DNA from: Spirochaetia bacterium
GTDB lineage: Bacteria; Spirochaetota; Spirochaetia; SZUA-6; Bin103
Reading direction: 5' to 3'
Assembly (NCBI GenBank): GCA_965208575.1
Contig: CBDBOV010000004.1
Coordinates: 800,001-864,000 of the forward strand
Length of the DNA: 64,000 nt
The notes beneath the pieces were generated by a model, which saw only the letters and a list, made by a program, of their open reading frames with translations, was not told the origin of the DNA and searched no databases. Each line of letters begins with the position of its first letter. The stretch's first letter is position 1. Positions 1 through 9,505 of this stretch are shown one piece after another. Both the position numbers and the translations under genes were made by a program.

Positions 1-644
1 CCTCCGCCCGGGCACTGATCACCCGACTCGCGAACGGCAGCGAAACGCTGGTCTTGTCGAGCGCCCGCTCCGCCAGCGTGAGGGCGGTCCGCGCCTGCTC
101 CAGGCGTGCCTCGACGGCGGCGACCGCCTCTTCGCGGCCGACCCAGTCGAACCCGTCCACGTCCGGCTCGCCATCGCCGAACAGCCGCCGCGCGGCGGCC
201 GCGCGCGCCTTCTGAAAGCGCACCATCGCCTCCGCCGCCCGCACGCCGGCAGCCGCGGCCTCGACGCGCAACGCCGCGTCCTCCGGGTCGATCCTGACGA
301 TCACCTCGTCCGCCGCCAGCGCGCCGCCGTCGCGAAAGTTGGGCGACACCCAGACGATGCGCCCGCCGACCTCGGCGCGTACGCTGACCTGCACCTGCGC
401 CTCGACCGTGCCGGTCAGCGCCACCGGCAGCGCCACCGCCGTGATGGCCGGCCGCACCACCCGCACCTGCATCGGGCCTTCTGCCGCCGGCTGCGGCAAT
501 ACGCCCCCCGGCGATCGGCTCGGCGCCTGGGCAAAGTACACTGCGGCTGCGAGCGCAAGCAGGATCAGCGCGAGCTGTGCGTAGCCGCGCCAACGGGGGG
601 GGCCGGGCGTCGCTTGCGGATGGAATGGATCCCGGTTCGCTCAT
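1..644 (-). CDS. RND efflux periplasmic adaptor (membrane fusion protein), runs off the window; start ATG is out of frame with the body across a G8 run at 595-602
   Basis: Minus-strand translation gives a TM helix (YAQLALILLALAAAVYF), then TGTVEAQVQVSVRAEVGGRIVWVSPNFRDGG and a coiled coil. ATG 644 joins this frame only if the run is 7 nt. Confidence 0.75.
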   Translation of the reverse strand, partial: MSEPGSIPSASDARPPPLARLRTARADPACARSRSVLCPGAEPIAGGRIAAAGGRRPDAGAGGAAGHHGGGAAGGADRHGRGAGAGQRTRRGRRAHRLGVAQLSRRRRAGGGRGDRQDRPGGRGVARRGRGCRRAGGGGDGALSEGARGRRAAAVRRWRAGRGRVRLGRPRRGGRRRRGTPGAGADRPHAGGAGARQDQRFAAVRESGDQCPGG

Positions 645-792
645 CGCGGAGTATACCGAAACCCCTTATAGCACTATGTGAAAGTTACATCAAATACCCT
701 TCTGAGAAGATTGTATATCGAATCAAGGTACGTGCCCGGACTGTACCGACAGGGCAGGACCGCGCAGGCGGCTCAGGTCAGGGAATCAGAGT

Positions 793-1653
793 TCAGGCCT
801 GCTCGGAGCCGGTCTCCGCGGCGAGCCAGCGTACGGCGTTTTCGATGATGCGCAGCGGGATCGGCAGGTGGTAGACCGGATAGGTCTCGTGGCCGGGGCG
901 GAAGTAGAACAGCCGGCCGCGCCCGATGCGCCACACCATGCCGCTGCGGAACCACTCGCCGGTGGGCCAGCGGTCCTCGAAGATCACCTCGTCCGGGGCG
1001 GGGACGTGCAGCGGCTCGTCGTACATCTCGGATTGCGGCAGCGAGAACTCCGCGGGGATACCCTCGGCAATCGGGTGGTCGGGCAGCAGGGTGCGCGAGA
1101 AGCTCGGCTCACCGTCGGCGCGCCATGCCGGGAAGCAGCAGATCGGGAGCCCGACCCGGACGCGGGTCACGCCGCCGGGAAACTTGCGCACCTGGTAGGA
1201 TGGGGTGACCACGGCGTCCGCGGCGGGCGCCTGGTAACGGTTCTCGGGGGCGACGAAATCGAATTCGACCCGATCGCCCGCGGTGTCCGGGAACAGCCGC
1301 CGCGCATCTTCGCGGGTGCGATGGTCCATCGCCGCGATGAACGGGGTTGCCCAGTGCGCCGAATGCAGCACGATGAGCGACAGCCGCCCCGCCAATACCC
1401 GGTCGAGAATACGCCTGCCGGTGTCGGCGGGAACGTCGCGGTGGCGCACGTGGCCCCACCACACCAGCACGCGGCTGCCATCGAGCGCCTCGTCGGACAG
1501 ACCCTGGTCGGCGTCGTCCAACCCGGCCGACCGCACTGCCAGACCGCCCTGCGCGCGCAGATGATCGGCGATCGCGTTGCCCAGGAAATTGTCGTACGCC
1601 TCCTGCTGGCGCGGCTGGCGTTCGTCCCACACCAGCACCCCTAAATCACTCAT
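793..1653 (-). CDS. ThuA-like (trehalose utilization) domain protein
   Basis: VLVWDE, LVWWGHVRH, IVLHSAHW, EMYDEP and GRLFYFRPGHETYP motifs. Confidence 0.85.
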   Translation of the reverse strand: MSDLGVLVWDERQPRQQEAYDNFLGNAIADHLRAQGGLAVRSAGLDDADQGLSDEALDGSRVLVWWGHVRHRDVPADTGRRILDRVLAGRLSLIVLHSAHWATPFIAAMDHRTREDARRLFPDTAGDRVEFDFVAPENRYQAPAADAVVTPSYQVRKFPGGVTRVRVGLPICCFPAWRADGEPSFSRTLLPDHPIAEGIPAEFSLPQSEMYDEPLHVPAPDEVIFEDRWPTGEWFRSGMVWRIGRGRLFYFRPGHETYPVYHLPIPLRIIENAVRWLAAETGSEQA

Positions 1654-1733
1654 GCGCGCCAGTAAAGATCATCCCCCTGGCCATGACAAGCCCGCCGTCC
1701 AGCCACCCGCCCCACAAACGCGCTGCCGTCGCG

Positions 1734-1763
1734 TTGACATTACAGCCTCCGTTCGCCTAGAGT
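1734..1763 (+). promoter_or_regulatory. Putative sigma70 promoter of the sugar ABC operon
   Basis: TTGACA (1734-1739), 18 nt spacer, TAGAGT (1758-1763). Confidence 0.5.
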
Positions 1764-1938
1764 CGGCCGCGGATGTGCGCTGAGTCGCGCACGCCCCCGT
1801 GCTCCCACGGAACGCGTGCGCGCCTCGCAAGCAGGGAGGTGAGACGACCGCAGACTCAAGGATGTTGGGGCCGAACATGCATAATGCCGGCACCATCTCG
1901 AAACGTACTCCATGACACACTTTACAAGGAGAATAGAA

Positions 1939-3277
1939 GTGAAAAAGAGGTTCTACATAACCTCGATTGTAGCGCTTGCCGGGATGCTTCTCCCGCTTGC
2001 GCTGTGGGCAGCGCCCGCCGGCGAAGAAGGCGCCACGACGATTCCCGAGGGCATCGACCTGGTGACGCCGGAACGGATCGGCAACCCGAACGCCGAGATC
2101 ACCCTGGTGTGGTCCCCGCAGCAGGTTTACGGCCCGTTTTCCGACATCCCGGCGCGCACCTCATACCTGCGGGAGAAGCTGGAAGAGTGGACGCGGGCAC
2201 ACCCGAACGTCAAGATCGAGCCCGTAGTCTGGGGCGGGGACGCCAACGCGTTCTATGCCAAGCTGGCTGCCGAAGCCGCCTCCGGCAGAGCTCCGGACGC
2301 CGTCCAGATGCCCGATCTTCCCATCTACAATCAGTGGCTGCAGCCTATCGATGAGTTTATCCGGGATGAGCTCGACGACTTCTTCCCATGGACGCACGAG
2401 ATCATGATCGATCCGGCGGACGGCAAGATAAAGAGAATCAAGTTCAACACCGGCACCGGCGGCCTCTGGTACCGGCGCGACCTGACGCCGGATCCGCCGC
2501 GTTCCTTCGACGAGCTGATAGCCGCCGCCAAGAAGTTGCAGGCGGAAGGCATGGAGAGTCCGATCGGCGGGGTCAGCGCGCCGATTCTATCACCTGATCT
2601 TCCCGATGTGGTCTTCGCAGGGCAGATCCTGGTACGACGAGAACGAGCAACCGACCTTCGGGAACATTCCGGAGGACCGGCAGGCGATGATCGACATCTT
2701 CGCCGTCTACCGGAGCCTCATCGACGAAGGCTTGATGTCGTTGAACGTGCTCGAGTTGAAAAACAACATGGACTGGGCCACCGAGATGGGCAGGGGCACG
2801 GTAGCGTTCTTCCTGGGCAACATGTGGACCAGTCAACTGGAGCAGGCGATGTCCCCCGAGGAGGTCGACAACTGGGCCCTGACCCACTACCCGCAGATGA
2901 CCGCGGACGCTCCGCGCAGCGCGGCCGCCGGTGGCTGGAACTACGGTTTCTTCTCCGACGATCCCGAGAAACTGGAGCTCGCGGTGGACCTCGTGATGCA
3001 TCTGTATGCCAGTGCGGACGGCATGGCGGGTTGGTGTGAAGCTGGCGGCTATCCGCCGTCGCGGGCAAGCGTCTACGACTATCCCGCCTTCCAGAGCAGA
3101 TTCTTCCAGGAACTGTCCGCGGTTCTCGCCGTAGCGCGACCGTGGCCTTCGAGCCCCACCATGCAGGTCATGTGGGGCGAAGCGACCAACGCCTATGAGG
3201 CGATGCTGCTTGGCCAGATGACGCCCGAGGAAGCGGTGGATGCCTTCTGGGAGGGCACTCTCGACCAGATGAAATAG
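1939..3277 (+). pseudogene. Carbohydrate ABC transporter substrate-binding protein, split by a frameshift near 2570-2600
   Basis: AAGGAG RBS, GTG 1939 and signal peptide. The N-half (GRAPDAVQM, LWYRRDL) is in one frame and the C-half (AAAGGWNYG, TPEEAVD) in another. Confidence 0.8.
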
Positions 3278-3282
3278 GTAGC

Positions 3283-3309
3283 GGGGGCTTCGGGACACTC
3301 GGGGCCCCC
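3283..3309 (+). terminator. Intercistronic stem-loop after the SBP gene (mRNA stabiliser or weak terminator)
   Basis: GGGGGCTTCGGG-ACA-CTCGGGGCCCCC followed by TCTTT. Confidence 0.5.
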
Positions 3310-3335
3310 TCTTTCGAGTTTCGGGGGGAGGGACT

Positions 3336-4235
3336 GTGACAAGAATCGGAGCCGCGCGTGAATTGGGATCGCGCATGGCGTGGCTCGCGCCGGCCATCAT
3401 GTTCCTTGCGGTGTTCATGGTCCTTCCCCTGTTCGACGTAATCCGGCTCAGTTTCACCACCGCATCCATCATCGAGCCCGAGTATTCGTATACCCTGTCG
3501 TCCTATGCCAAGGTGTTCGGAGACAAGGACTTCCTCTGGTCGCTGTCCATTACCTTCATCTTCGTTGCCGCCAACTGCGTCCTGCAAATTCCACTGGGTC
3601 TGCTGATCGCCCTGGCCGTCCACGCCGGCAAGGACAAGAACGTGTATGGCAGCATCCTGGCCAGAACTGCCGTCCTCACCGCCTGGATCATACCCGGCGT
3701 ACTGGTCGGCATCCTGTGGAAAACGCTGCTGTCGAGTGCCAGCTCCGGCATCATCAACCACTTCGTTCAATCGCTGGGTATGGAGCGCATTCCGTTTCTC
3801 CTCGATCCGCTGTATGCGGTCATCTCCATCATTGGTGCCAACGTGTGGGGAGGAGCCGCCTTCTGCATGATCCTGCAATACGCCGGGCTGCAGCGGATTC
3901 CCGCCGAACTGTACGAGGTCTCGCGGGTGGACGGCGCGCGCGCCTGGCAGCAGTTCTTGCACATAACGTTGCCGCAACTGAAGCCGATCCTGTTCATCAA
4001 CCTGGTGCTGATCACGATTTCCAGCTTCAACACGTTCGACATGATCGCGACGCTCACCTCGGGCGGGCCCGCCGGCACCACCGAGGTATTGACCCTGGCC
4101 GCCTACATTCAGGTTTTTACGTACTGGAACATGGGCAGAGGCTCCGCCATCGCGGTCCTGCTGCTCGCCATTACCGTGGTCATGACCATCGTCTATTACA
4201 AGCTGTTCCAGTTGGACGAAGACATTGCCGAATAG
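3336..4235 (+). CDS. Carbohydrate ABC transporter permease (MalF/UgpA type)
   Basis: Multiple TM helices; EAA loop AGLQRIPAELYEVSRVDGA; LTSGGP. Confidence 0.92.
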   Translation: MTRIGAARELGSRMAWLAPAIMFLAVFMVLPLFDVIRLSFTTASIIEPEYSYTLSSYAKVFGDKDFLWSLSITFIFVAANCVLQIPLGLLIALAVHAGKDKNVYGSILARTAVLTAWIIPGVLVGILWKTLLSSASSGIINHFVQSLGMERIPFLLDPLYAVISIIGANVWGGAAFCMILQYAGLQRIPAELYEVSRVDGARAWQQFLHITLPQLKPILFINLVLITISSFNTFDMIATLTSGGPAGTTEVLTLAAYIQVFTYWNMGRGSAIAVLLLAITVVMTIVYYKLFQLDEDIAE

Positions 4236-5073
4236 GAGCCGCCTGGATGCAACCAGGATCCTGATCTACGCATCCTACCTGGTCGTCATAGTGGTGTTCT
4301 GGGGACCGGTAACGTGGATGATATCGTTGTCTCTCAAGACCATCCCGGACATCCTCGCCTACCCCCCGAAGCTGTTTCCGAGCCGGCCTGCTATAGAGAA
4401 CTACGGCACCATTTTCGCGCAGTCCACCATTCCCCGCAACATGCTCAACTCGGCCAAGATCACGGTCATCACCGTGGTCGGAACCCTGCTCGTTACGGTG
4501 CCCGCGGCGTACGGATTTTCGCGGTTCAGATTCAGGGGCAGAACGCAGATCCTGATGGCGATCCTGCTGTTCCAGATGATCTCGACGCTGATCATAATCC
4601 TGCCGCTGTACCGCTATTTCATCAGGCTGAACCTGCTGGATACTCATCACGGGCTGATCATGATCTACATCACGGTGCAGATTCCCTTTACGGTGTGGCT
4701 GCTGAAGGGCTTCTTCGATTCCATACCCAAGAGCCTGGACGACGCGGCCCGCATCGACGGAGCATCGCGGCTGCAGAGCGTGGTTCGGGTAATCGTGCCG
4801 GTCGCCATGCCGGGGATCGCCGCCGCCGTGCTGTTCAACACCATCAACGCCTGGTCGCAGTTCCTGATTCCCTATATTCTGATCGGCAAGGGACGCCTGC
4901 AACCGATCTCGGTCGGGGTCGCCAAGTACGCGGAGACGGTGGGCGAAGCGATCGTCACCACCCACCTGCTGGCCGCGGCAAGCCTGATGGCGATGCTGCC
5001 GGCCATCGCCATTTTCATCGCCCTGCAGCGGTTCATCGTCCGGATCCTGATCTCCGGCGCCGTGAAGGGCTAG
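4225..5073 (+). CDS. Carbohydrate ABC transporter permease (MalG/UgpE type)
   Basis: AAYGFSRFRFRG; FFDSIPKSLDDAARIDGAS; ends GAVKG. Confidence 0.92.
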   Translation: MPNRSRLDATRILIYASYLVVIVVFWGPVTWMISLSLKTIPDILAYPPKLFPSRPAIENYGTIFAQSTIPRNMLNSAKITVITVVGTLLVTVPAAYGFSRFRFRGRTQILMAILLFQMISTLIIILPLYRYFIRLNLLDTHHGLIMIYITVQIPFTVWLLKGFFDSIPKSLDDAARIDGASRLQSVVRVIVPVAMPGIAAAVLFNTINAWSQFLIPYILIGKGRLQPISVGVAKYAETVGEAIVTTHLLAAASLMAMLPAIAIFIALQRFIVRILISGAVKG

Positions 5074-5082
5074 CGGCCTAGG

Positions 5083-7059
5083 CCGAAGTTCCAGAGCGGG
5101 AATCTTGTTAATTCGTTATTGATCTGAAAATTGCGCTCAACAGCCGATGTCCGTTACTGGCTACACTTGGGCGCTGACCTCCAGGAGATCGAAACAGCGC
5201 TGCTGCAGCGCGGTCGGTTCGCTGTGCATGGTGAACGTGGCGCCGCTATCCACTATCCGCACGCGGTTGGCCGTCAGCGTCCCCAACTCGCTCATCAGGC
5301 TGCGAAAGCTGTGCACCGGCAGACCGTCGTCGGTACGCTTGCTCGCCGCCTTCCGGTGTGCGGCCGGTGAGCGTTCCGCCGGTTGCACCACCGACTCGCG
5401 CAGCGCCTCGCCGGCGGCGCGGTCGTGGTCGTCGAACAGCACCGGCGCCAGCTTGCTGCGCATGTGCCACTCCACGTAGTAGGCCAGCATGCACAGGAAC
5501 ACGTGCGCCCGCACCCGGTCAGCACTGCGGTGATAGATCGGTCGCACCTTCAGATCCACCGTTTTCATGCTGCGGAACGCGCGCTCCACCTTGGCCAGAT
5601 CCTTGTACGCCGTCACCGTCTGCTCGGCGTCGAACAGCTCCGGCTCCACGTTGGAGCGCACGATGTAGAGCCCGTCCAGTTCTTCCTCGGCCGCGATCTT
5701 GTCCAGGTCACGCACGAACGAGAACGAGTCGTCGGTGATGGTGGTGGTGAAATGCTTGCCCACCTTGTAGTGGTTGATCACCTTGCCCACCCGCAGGCCG
5801 ATCGCGGCGGCGCCGCGCAGCGGCTTTTTGGCGCGCTGCGTGGCCGTCACGATCGGCGTCAGTTCCTCCTCCGTGGAGGCCAGCAACTTCTGCCTCTTGC
5901 GCTGCCGTTGCTCGGCCAGGATCGGGTTGCGGCACACGATCAGCCGCTCGCCGGGGAACTCGGGTGAGCTGATCTCCGCCAGGTCACGCTCGTCGAACAT
6001 GGTCTGCGCCACTTCGCCGGCCTCGATCAGCTTGCGGATGGTGGGCGCCCGCAGGGTCGTGATCCAGCGCAGGCCGTCGATCCCCTGCAGGTCCTCGCGG
6101 ATGCGCGCGCCGGTGAGCATGCCGCGGTCGCCGACCAGCACGACGCGCTGCAAGCCGAAACGGTTGCGAATCTTGTCGACCTGAGCGGCGACCGTCTTGG
6201 GGTCACTGGTGGAGCCCTCGAATACCTCGACGGCGATGGGACAGCCGTCTGCGGTACACAGCAGGCCGAACACGATCTGCAAGGTGCCGCGTTTGCCGTC
6301 GCGGCTGTGACCGCGGCGCGCCAACGGGCAGGTGTGTCCCTCGAAGTAACTGGAAGTCAGGTCGTACAACATGAGCGTGTTGTCATGCAGATGGCGCTTG
6401 GCCAAGCGCTGCTCGATGCCGTGCTGGCGAGCGAGCAGCCAATCCATGGCGGCATACAGCTCATTCTCGTCGACGGCTCCCAACTGCAGCAGGTGGCCGA
6501 GGGAGGAGACGGCGCTTTCGGGGTTCAGGCCGCGAGCGGTGGCGAGTTTGGAGCGAGCGTCGACGACGCGAGCGACGATCATGGCGACGACCAGGTCGCG
6601 TTCACGGGAGGCGGGACGAGCGACGAGGGAATGGAGGGAGAGCTTGCGGAGGGAACCGAGGACGGCGGCGACGTGGCCGTGGGGATAGCTGCGCAAGATG
6701 GAGAGCAGTTCGTTGGGAGAGCGCAGAGCGATACCGCCGTTGAGGAGGACGCGCAAACCCTCGACGAGGTGATCGGGCCACTTGGAGAGGTTGGCGATGG
6801 TGCGTTTTTTGACCTTGCCGTGCTGGCGGAAGGACTCGCGGAGGAGGACGGCCGGGGGAGAGTTGCGGTTGGGGACGGTGTCGATGTACATGGGCACCCT
6901 ACGGAGGGAATGGTAGATCATTTAATAATTACATATCAACCAGATGAGAGAAAATTAACGCTGAACCACAGGACTATTTACATGGACACGATTTACACCC
7001 ATGAACACGCTAATTCCTGTAATAGGAAACAGTTACAAGAACGGCCTCTCAAACCTCGG
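5083..7059 (-). mobile_element. IS1634-family insertion sequence, complete
   Basis: Imperfect terminal IRs (CCGAAGTTCCAGAG vs CCGAGGTTTGAGAG on the opposite strand); CCTAGG directly repeated at 5077-5082 and 7060-7065; one transposase inside. Confidence 0.88.
5161..6891 (-). CDS. IS1634-family DDE transposase
   Basis: MYIDTVPNRNSPPAVLLRES, YDLTSSYFEG, GHSRDGK, VGDRGM, YKDLAKVERAFRSMK, RPIYH. Confidence 0.93.
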   Translation of the reverse strand: MYIDTVPNRNSPPAVLLRESFRQHGKVKKRTIANLSKWPDHLVEGLRVLLNGGIALRSPNELLSILRSYPHGHVAAVLGSLRKLSLHSLVARPASRERDLVVAMIVARVVDARSKLATARGLNPESAVSSLGHLLQLGAVDENELYAAMDWLLARQHGIEQRLAKRHLHDNTLMLYDLTSSYFEGHTCPLARRGHSRDGKRGTLQIVFGLLCTADGCPIAVEVFEGSTSDPKTVAAQVDKIRNRFGLQRVVLVGDRGMLTGARIREDLQGIDGLRWITTLRAPTIRKLIEAGEVAQTMFDERDLAEISSPEFPGERLIVCRNPILAEQRQRKRQKLLASTEEELTPIVTATQRAKKPLRGAAAIGLRVGKVINHYKVGKHFTTTITDDSFSFVRDLDKIAAEEELDGLYIVRSNVEPELFDAEQTVTAYKDLAKVERAFRSMKTVDLKVRPIYHRSADRVRAHVFLCMLAYYVEWHMRSKLAPVLFDDHDRAAGEALRESVVQPAERSPAAHRKAASKRTDDGLPVHSFRSLMSELGTLTANRVRIVDSGATFTMHSEPTALQQRCFDLLEVSAQV

Positions 7060-7060
7060 C

Positions 7061-7690
7061 CTAGGGCGCGGCGAGAAAGTCTCTGCCCAGGCGATGTGCG
7101 GTGGCGAGATTGCGCGTCCTGGCCTGGGCCGCCGCCCCGGGATCTTCCGTGCCGGGCAGGAGCACGAATTCGCAGTGGCCGACACCGACCGCGGGCGGCA
7201 GGCGGTCGCTGGCGAAGATCCGGCGCATGCCCTCGGCAACGCCCGACTGTTGGAAGGCATCGCCCGTGTTGCCGCCGGGACACAGGACCAGCGCCCTGTC
7301 GATCGACAGCCGCGGATACCGGAATGTCTCGCCCGGCAGGCCGTAATCGTAGGCGTAGCCGCACACCCAGACGCGGTCGAACCATCCCTTCAGCTTGGCA
7401 GGGCAGTCGCTCCACCACACCGGGAACACGAACGCCAGGCCATCGGCGCGGGCGATCTTCGCATGCTCCGCCCGCACGTCGGCGGGCAGCGGGCCGTGCG
7501 CCCGGTTGCCATGCACGTTGGTCTCACGTTCGTACTCGGCGAGCGTCATGTCGGATCGGAAACCCATCGCGTACAGGTCGCCGACCTCGAAGGTGTGCCC
7601 TCCCTCCTCAAGGCCGCGGCAGAGTGCATCCAGCACGGCTCCGGTAAACGACCGCCTGGTCGGGTGCGCGTACACGACGTAAGCATGCAT
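7061..7690 (-). CDS. Flavodoxin-fold NAD(P)H dehydrogenase (quinone) family protein
   Basis: VVYAHP, DLY, FPVWWSDCPAKLKGWFDRV; GGAGG RBS. Confidence 0.88.
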   Translation of the reverse strand: MHAYVVYAHPTRRSFTGAVLDALCRGLEEGGHTFEVGDLYAMGFRSDMTLAEYERETNVHGNRAHGPLPADVRAEHAKIARADGLAFVFPVWWSDCPAKLKGWFDRVWVCGYAYDYGLPGETFRYPRLSIDRALVLCPGGNTGDAFQQSGVAEGMRRIFASDRLPPAVGVGHCEFVLLPGTEDPGAAAQARTRNLATAHRLGRDFLAAP

Positions 7691-7710
7691 GACCACCTCC
7701 GCGACGTGTT

Positions 7711-9465
7711 TCAGTGACCGGCGCGGTAATCGAAGACGGAGGAGGACCCGACCATCTCACGAAACCACAGGGTGGCTTCAGCGCCCATGGAGTCGGTGAG
7801 CCGGACAGCTTCGTTCAAGCTGAAGTGCACGGGCTGTTGCACACCGTCGTTGATCGCGATGTTGTCTGCGAACAAGTAGGACCGGTCCAGGCTGTCAAGT
7901 ATCGGGTTCAACCGCCCCCGGACGCCGGGAAGATGCCCCCTCCGATTGGCGATGATCATCGAGCCGCCGGTCGGCTCCGGGGACACCCGCACCTCAAGGG
8001 GCCGGTTTGGGACGAAATTGGTGGACACACCCGCCTTGAACCCGGGCCCGGCACACAGCACGGTCATCGGCAGTCGCGCGTGCAATTCGAAGTCGGCATG
8101 CCCAAATACATCGGTGCGCCCCTCGCGATAGGTCTTGTTTGGATACACCATCAGCACGTGGATACCCTGGAGCGGCTCACCGGTATCGTCCCGGAGGACC
8201 GTGATGCGGGCCGCGATTCCGTCGGGCAAGGGGGGGCTGGCAGCCGGCAGTGACACCTTCAATTCCCGCTCCCCGATCAACTCAAAGACCGGTTTCCGTC
8301 CGGCAAGGGCGAACGTCTCGTCCTCGATGACCGGGATGCCCTCCCCACGGCGCTGGATGAAGTATTCGCGCCCTCCTGCACCCGGCACGTCACCGACCGG
8401 ACACTGTCCAAGCCGGGACGCCAGCAGTTCGTTTCGAGTGAACTGACTGGTACGTAAATCTTCTACCTTCATGGAATTACACAGACCACCCGGTGAGTAG
8501 ATCTCCATGCGGTCATCGAACATGAATAGGCGGATCTTCGATCCTGATACCGCGTAGTCGCGATGCACCACCGCGTTCACTACCACCTCGAACACCGCAC
8601 GTTCGCTGAATTGCGGCACGTCGCTGCGGGCCGGCTGCTGCCGAGCCGCGATGCGCCGGTTGCGGACAACGAACCGCATGGCATCCCGAATCTGCTGGTC
8701 AAGCGGACCTCCGATGTCCTGCGCATCGAGCTGTCGATTGCCGTCCAGACGGTTGCCCTGGTAGCAGACGGCCTGGATGTAGGCGTTGGGTAGCCACTGG
8801 CGCGGATCGTCGGCGCCGAGCAGCACACCGCCAACCGTTGCGCGAACCGTGCCGCGCTGGTCGTCCTTGACGAACTTCAGTTTGGTCAGCGCGATCTCGT
8901 CAGGATCTCTGGCTCTCGAACTGGCGTAGCGGCGCCACAACTCCGGTCGCAAAGTGTTGACTCCCGTGTTGCGGACCACCTGGGAGTCGGTCGCCGCCAC
9001 ATCCGACTGGCCGCGCACTTGCAGCAGCCGGCGAATCTCGTCAGGTTGCATCTGCCGCTTCGTATCCCCCCGCCGCCGCAGGTACCCGCCCGGAGAACGA
9101 TGGACAGCGTTTCCCTCGGGAATCTCGACAACCAGAACGCCACCTTCTTCCGCCGGTGTCAAAAGAGGAACTCGATATATGCTGAAGTCCATAGGCGGCT
9201 CTACACTGTCCGTGCAGATTTCCGTGACGTAGTCCGCCAACGCGTCCAACTGCTCGGGCTTGAGCGCCTGCGGCTCACGATCGTCCGACACACCCAAAAC
9301 GAGACGTCCGCCGTCCGAATTGGCGAACGCCGCGAACTCGTCGGCGAGGCTGTCACGACGCGGCGCCGAAACCTGGCTCCCGCGAAGCCTGACATCCTTG
9401 AGTTCGAGTCCGCTGTCTTCACCGAGACCAATCTGCTGCCATATGCGTGACGAATCGATCGGCAT
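7711..9465 (-). CDS. Schlafen/AlbA_2 domain + HATPase_c_4 (RecG-C-like) protein with C-terminal beta-rich Ig-like module
   Basis: GEDSGLELK, AFANSDGGRLVLGVSDD; EVVVNAVVHRDY, DDRMEIYSPG, RNELLA, RRGEGI; C-terminal DDTGEPLQGIHV...GRTDVFG. Confidence 0.8.
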   Translation of the reverse strand: MPIDSSRIWQQIGLGEDSGLELKDVRLRGSQVSAPRRDSLADEFAAFANSDGGRLVLGVSDDREPQALKPEQLDALADYVTEICTDSVEPPMDFSIYRVPLLTPAEEGGVLVVEIPEGNAVHRSPGGYLRRRGDTKRQMQPDEIRRLLQVRGQSDVAATDSQVVRNTGVNTLRPELWRRYASSRARDPDEIALTKLKFVKDDQRGTVRATVGGVLLGADDPRQWLPNAYIQAVCYQGNRLDGNRQLDAQDIGGPLDQQIRDAMRFVVRNRRIAARQQPARSDVPQFSERAVFEVVVNAVVHRDYAVSGSKIRLFMFDDRMEIYSPGGLCNSMKVEDLRTSQFTRNELLASRLGQCPVGDVPGAGGREYFIQRRGEGIPVIEDETFALAGRKPVFELIGERELKVSLPAASPPLPDGIAARITVLRDDTGEPLQGIHVLMVYPNKTYREGRTDVFGHADFELHARLPMTVLCAGPGFKAGVSTNFVPNRPLEVRVSPEPTGGSMIIANRRGHLPGVRGRLNPILDSLDRSYLFADNIAINDGVQQPVHFSLNEAVRLTDSMGAEATLWFREMVGSSSVFDYRAGH

Positions 9466-9505
9466 CACCTCTCCCGCCGCCTACAGAATAGCGCGATACC
9501 GGGAT

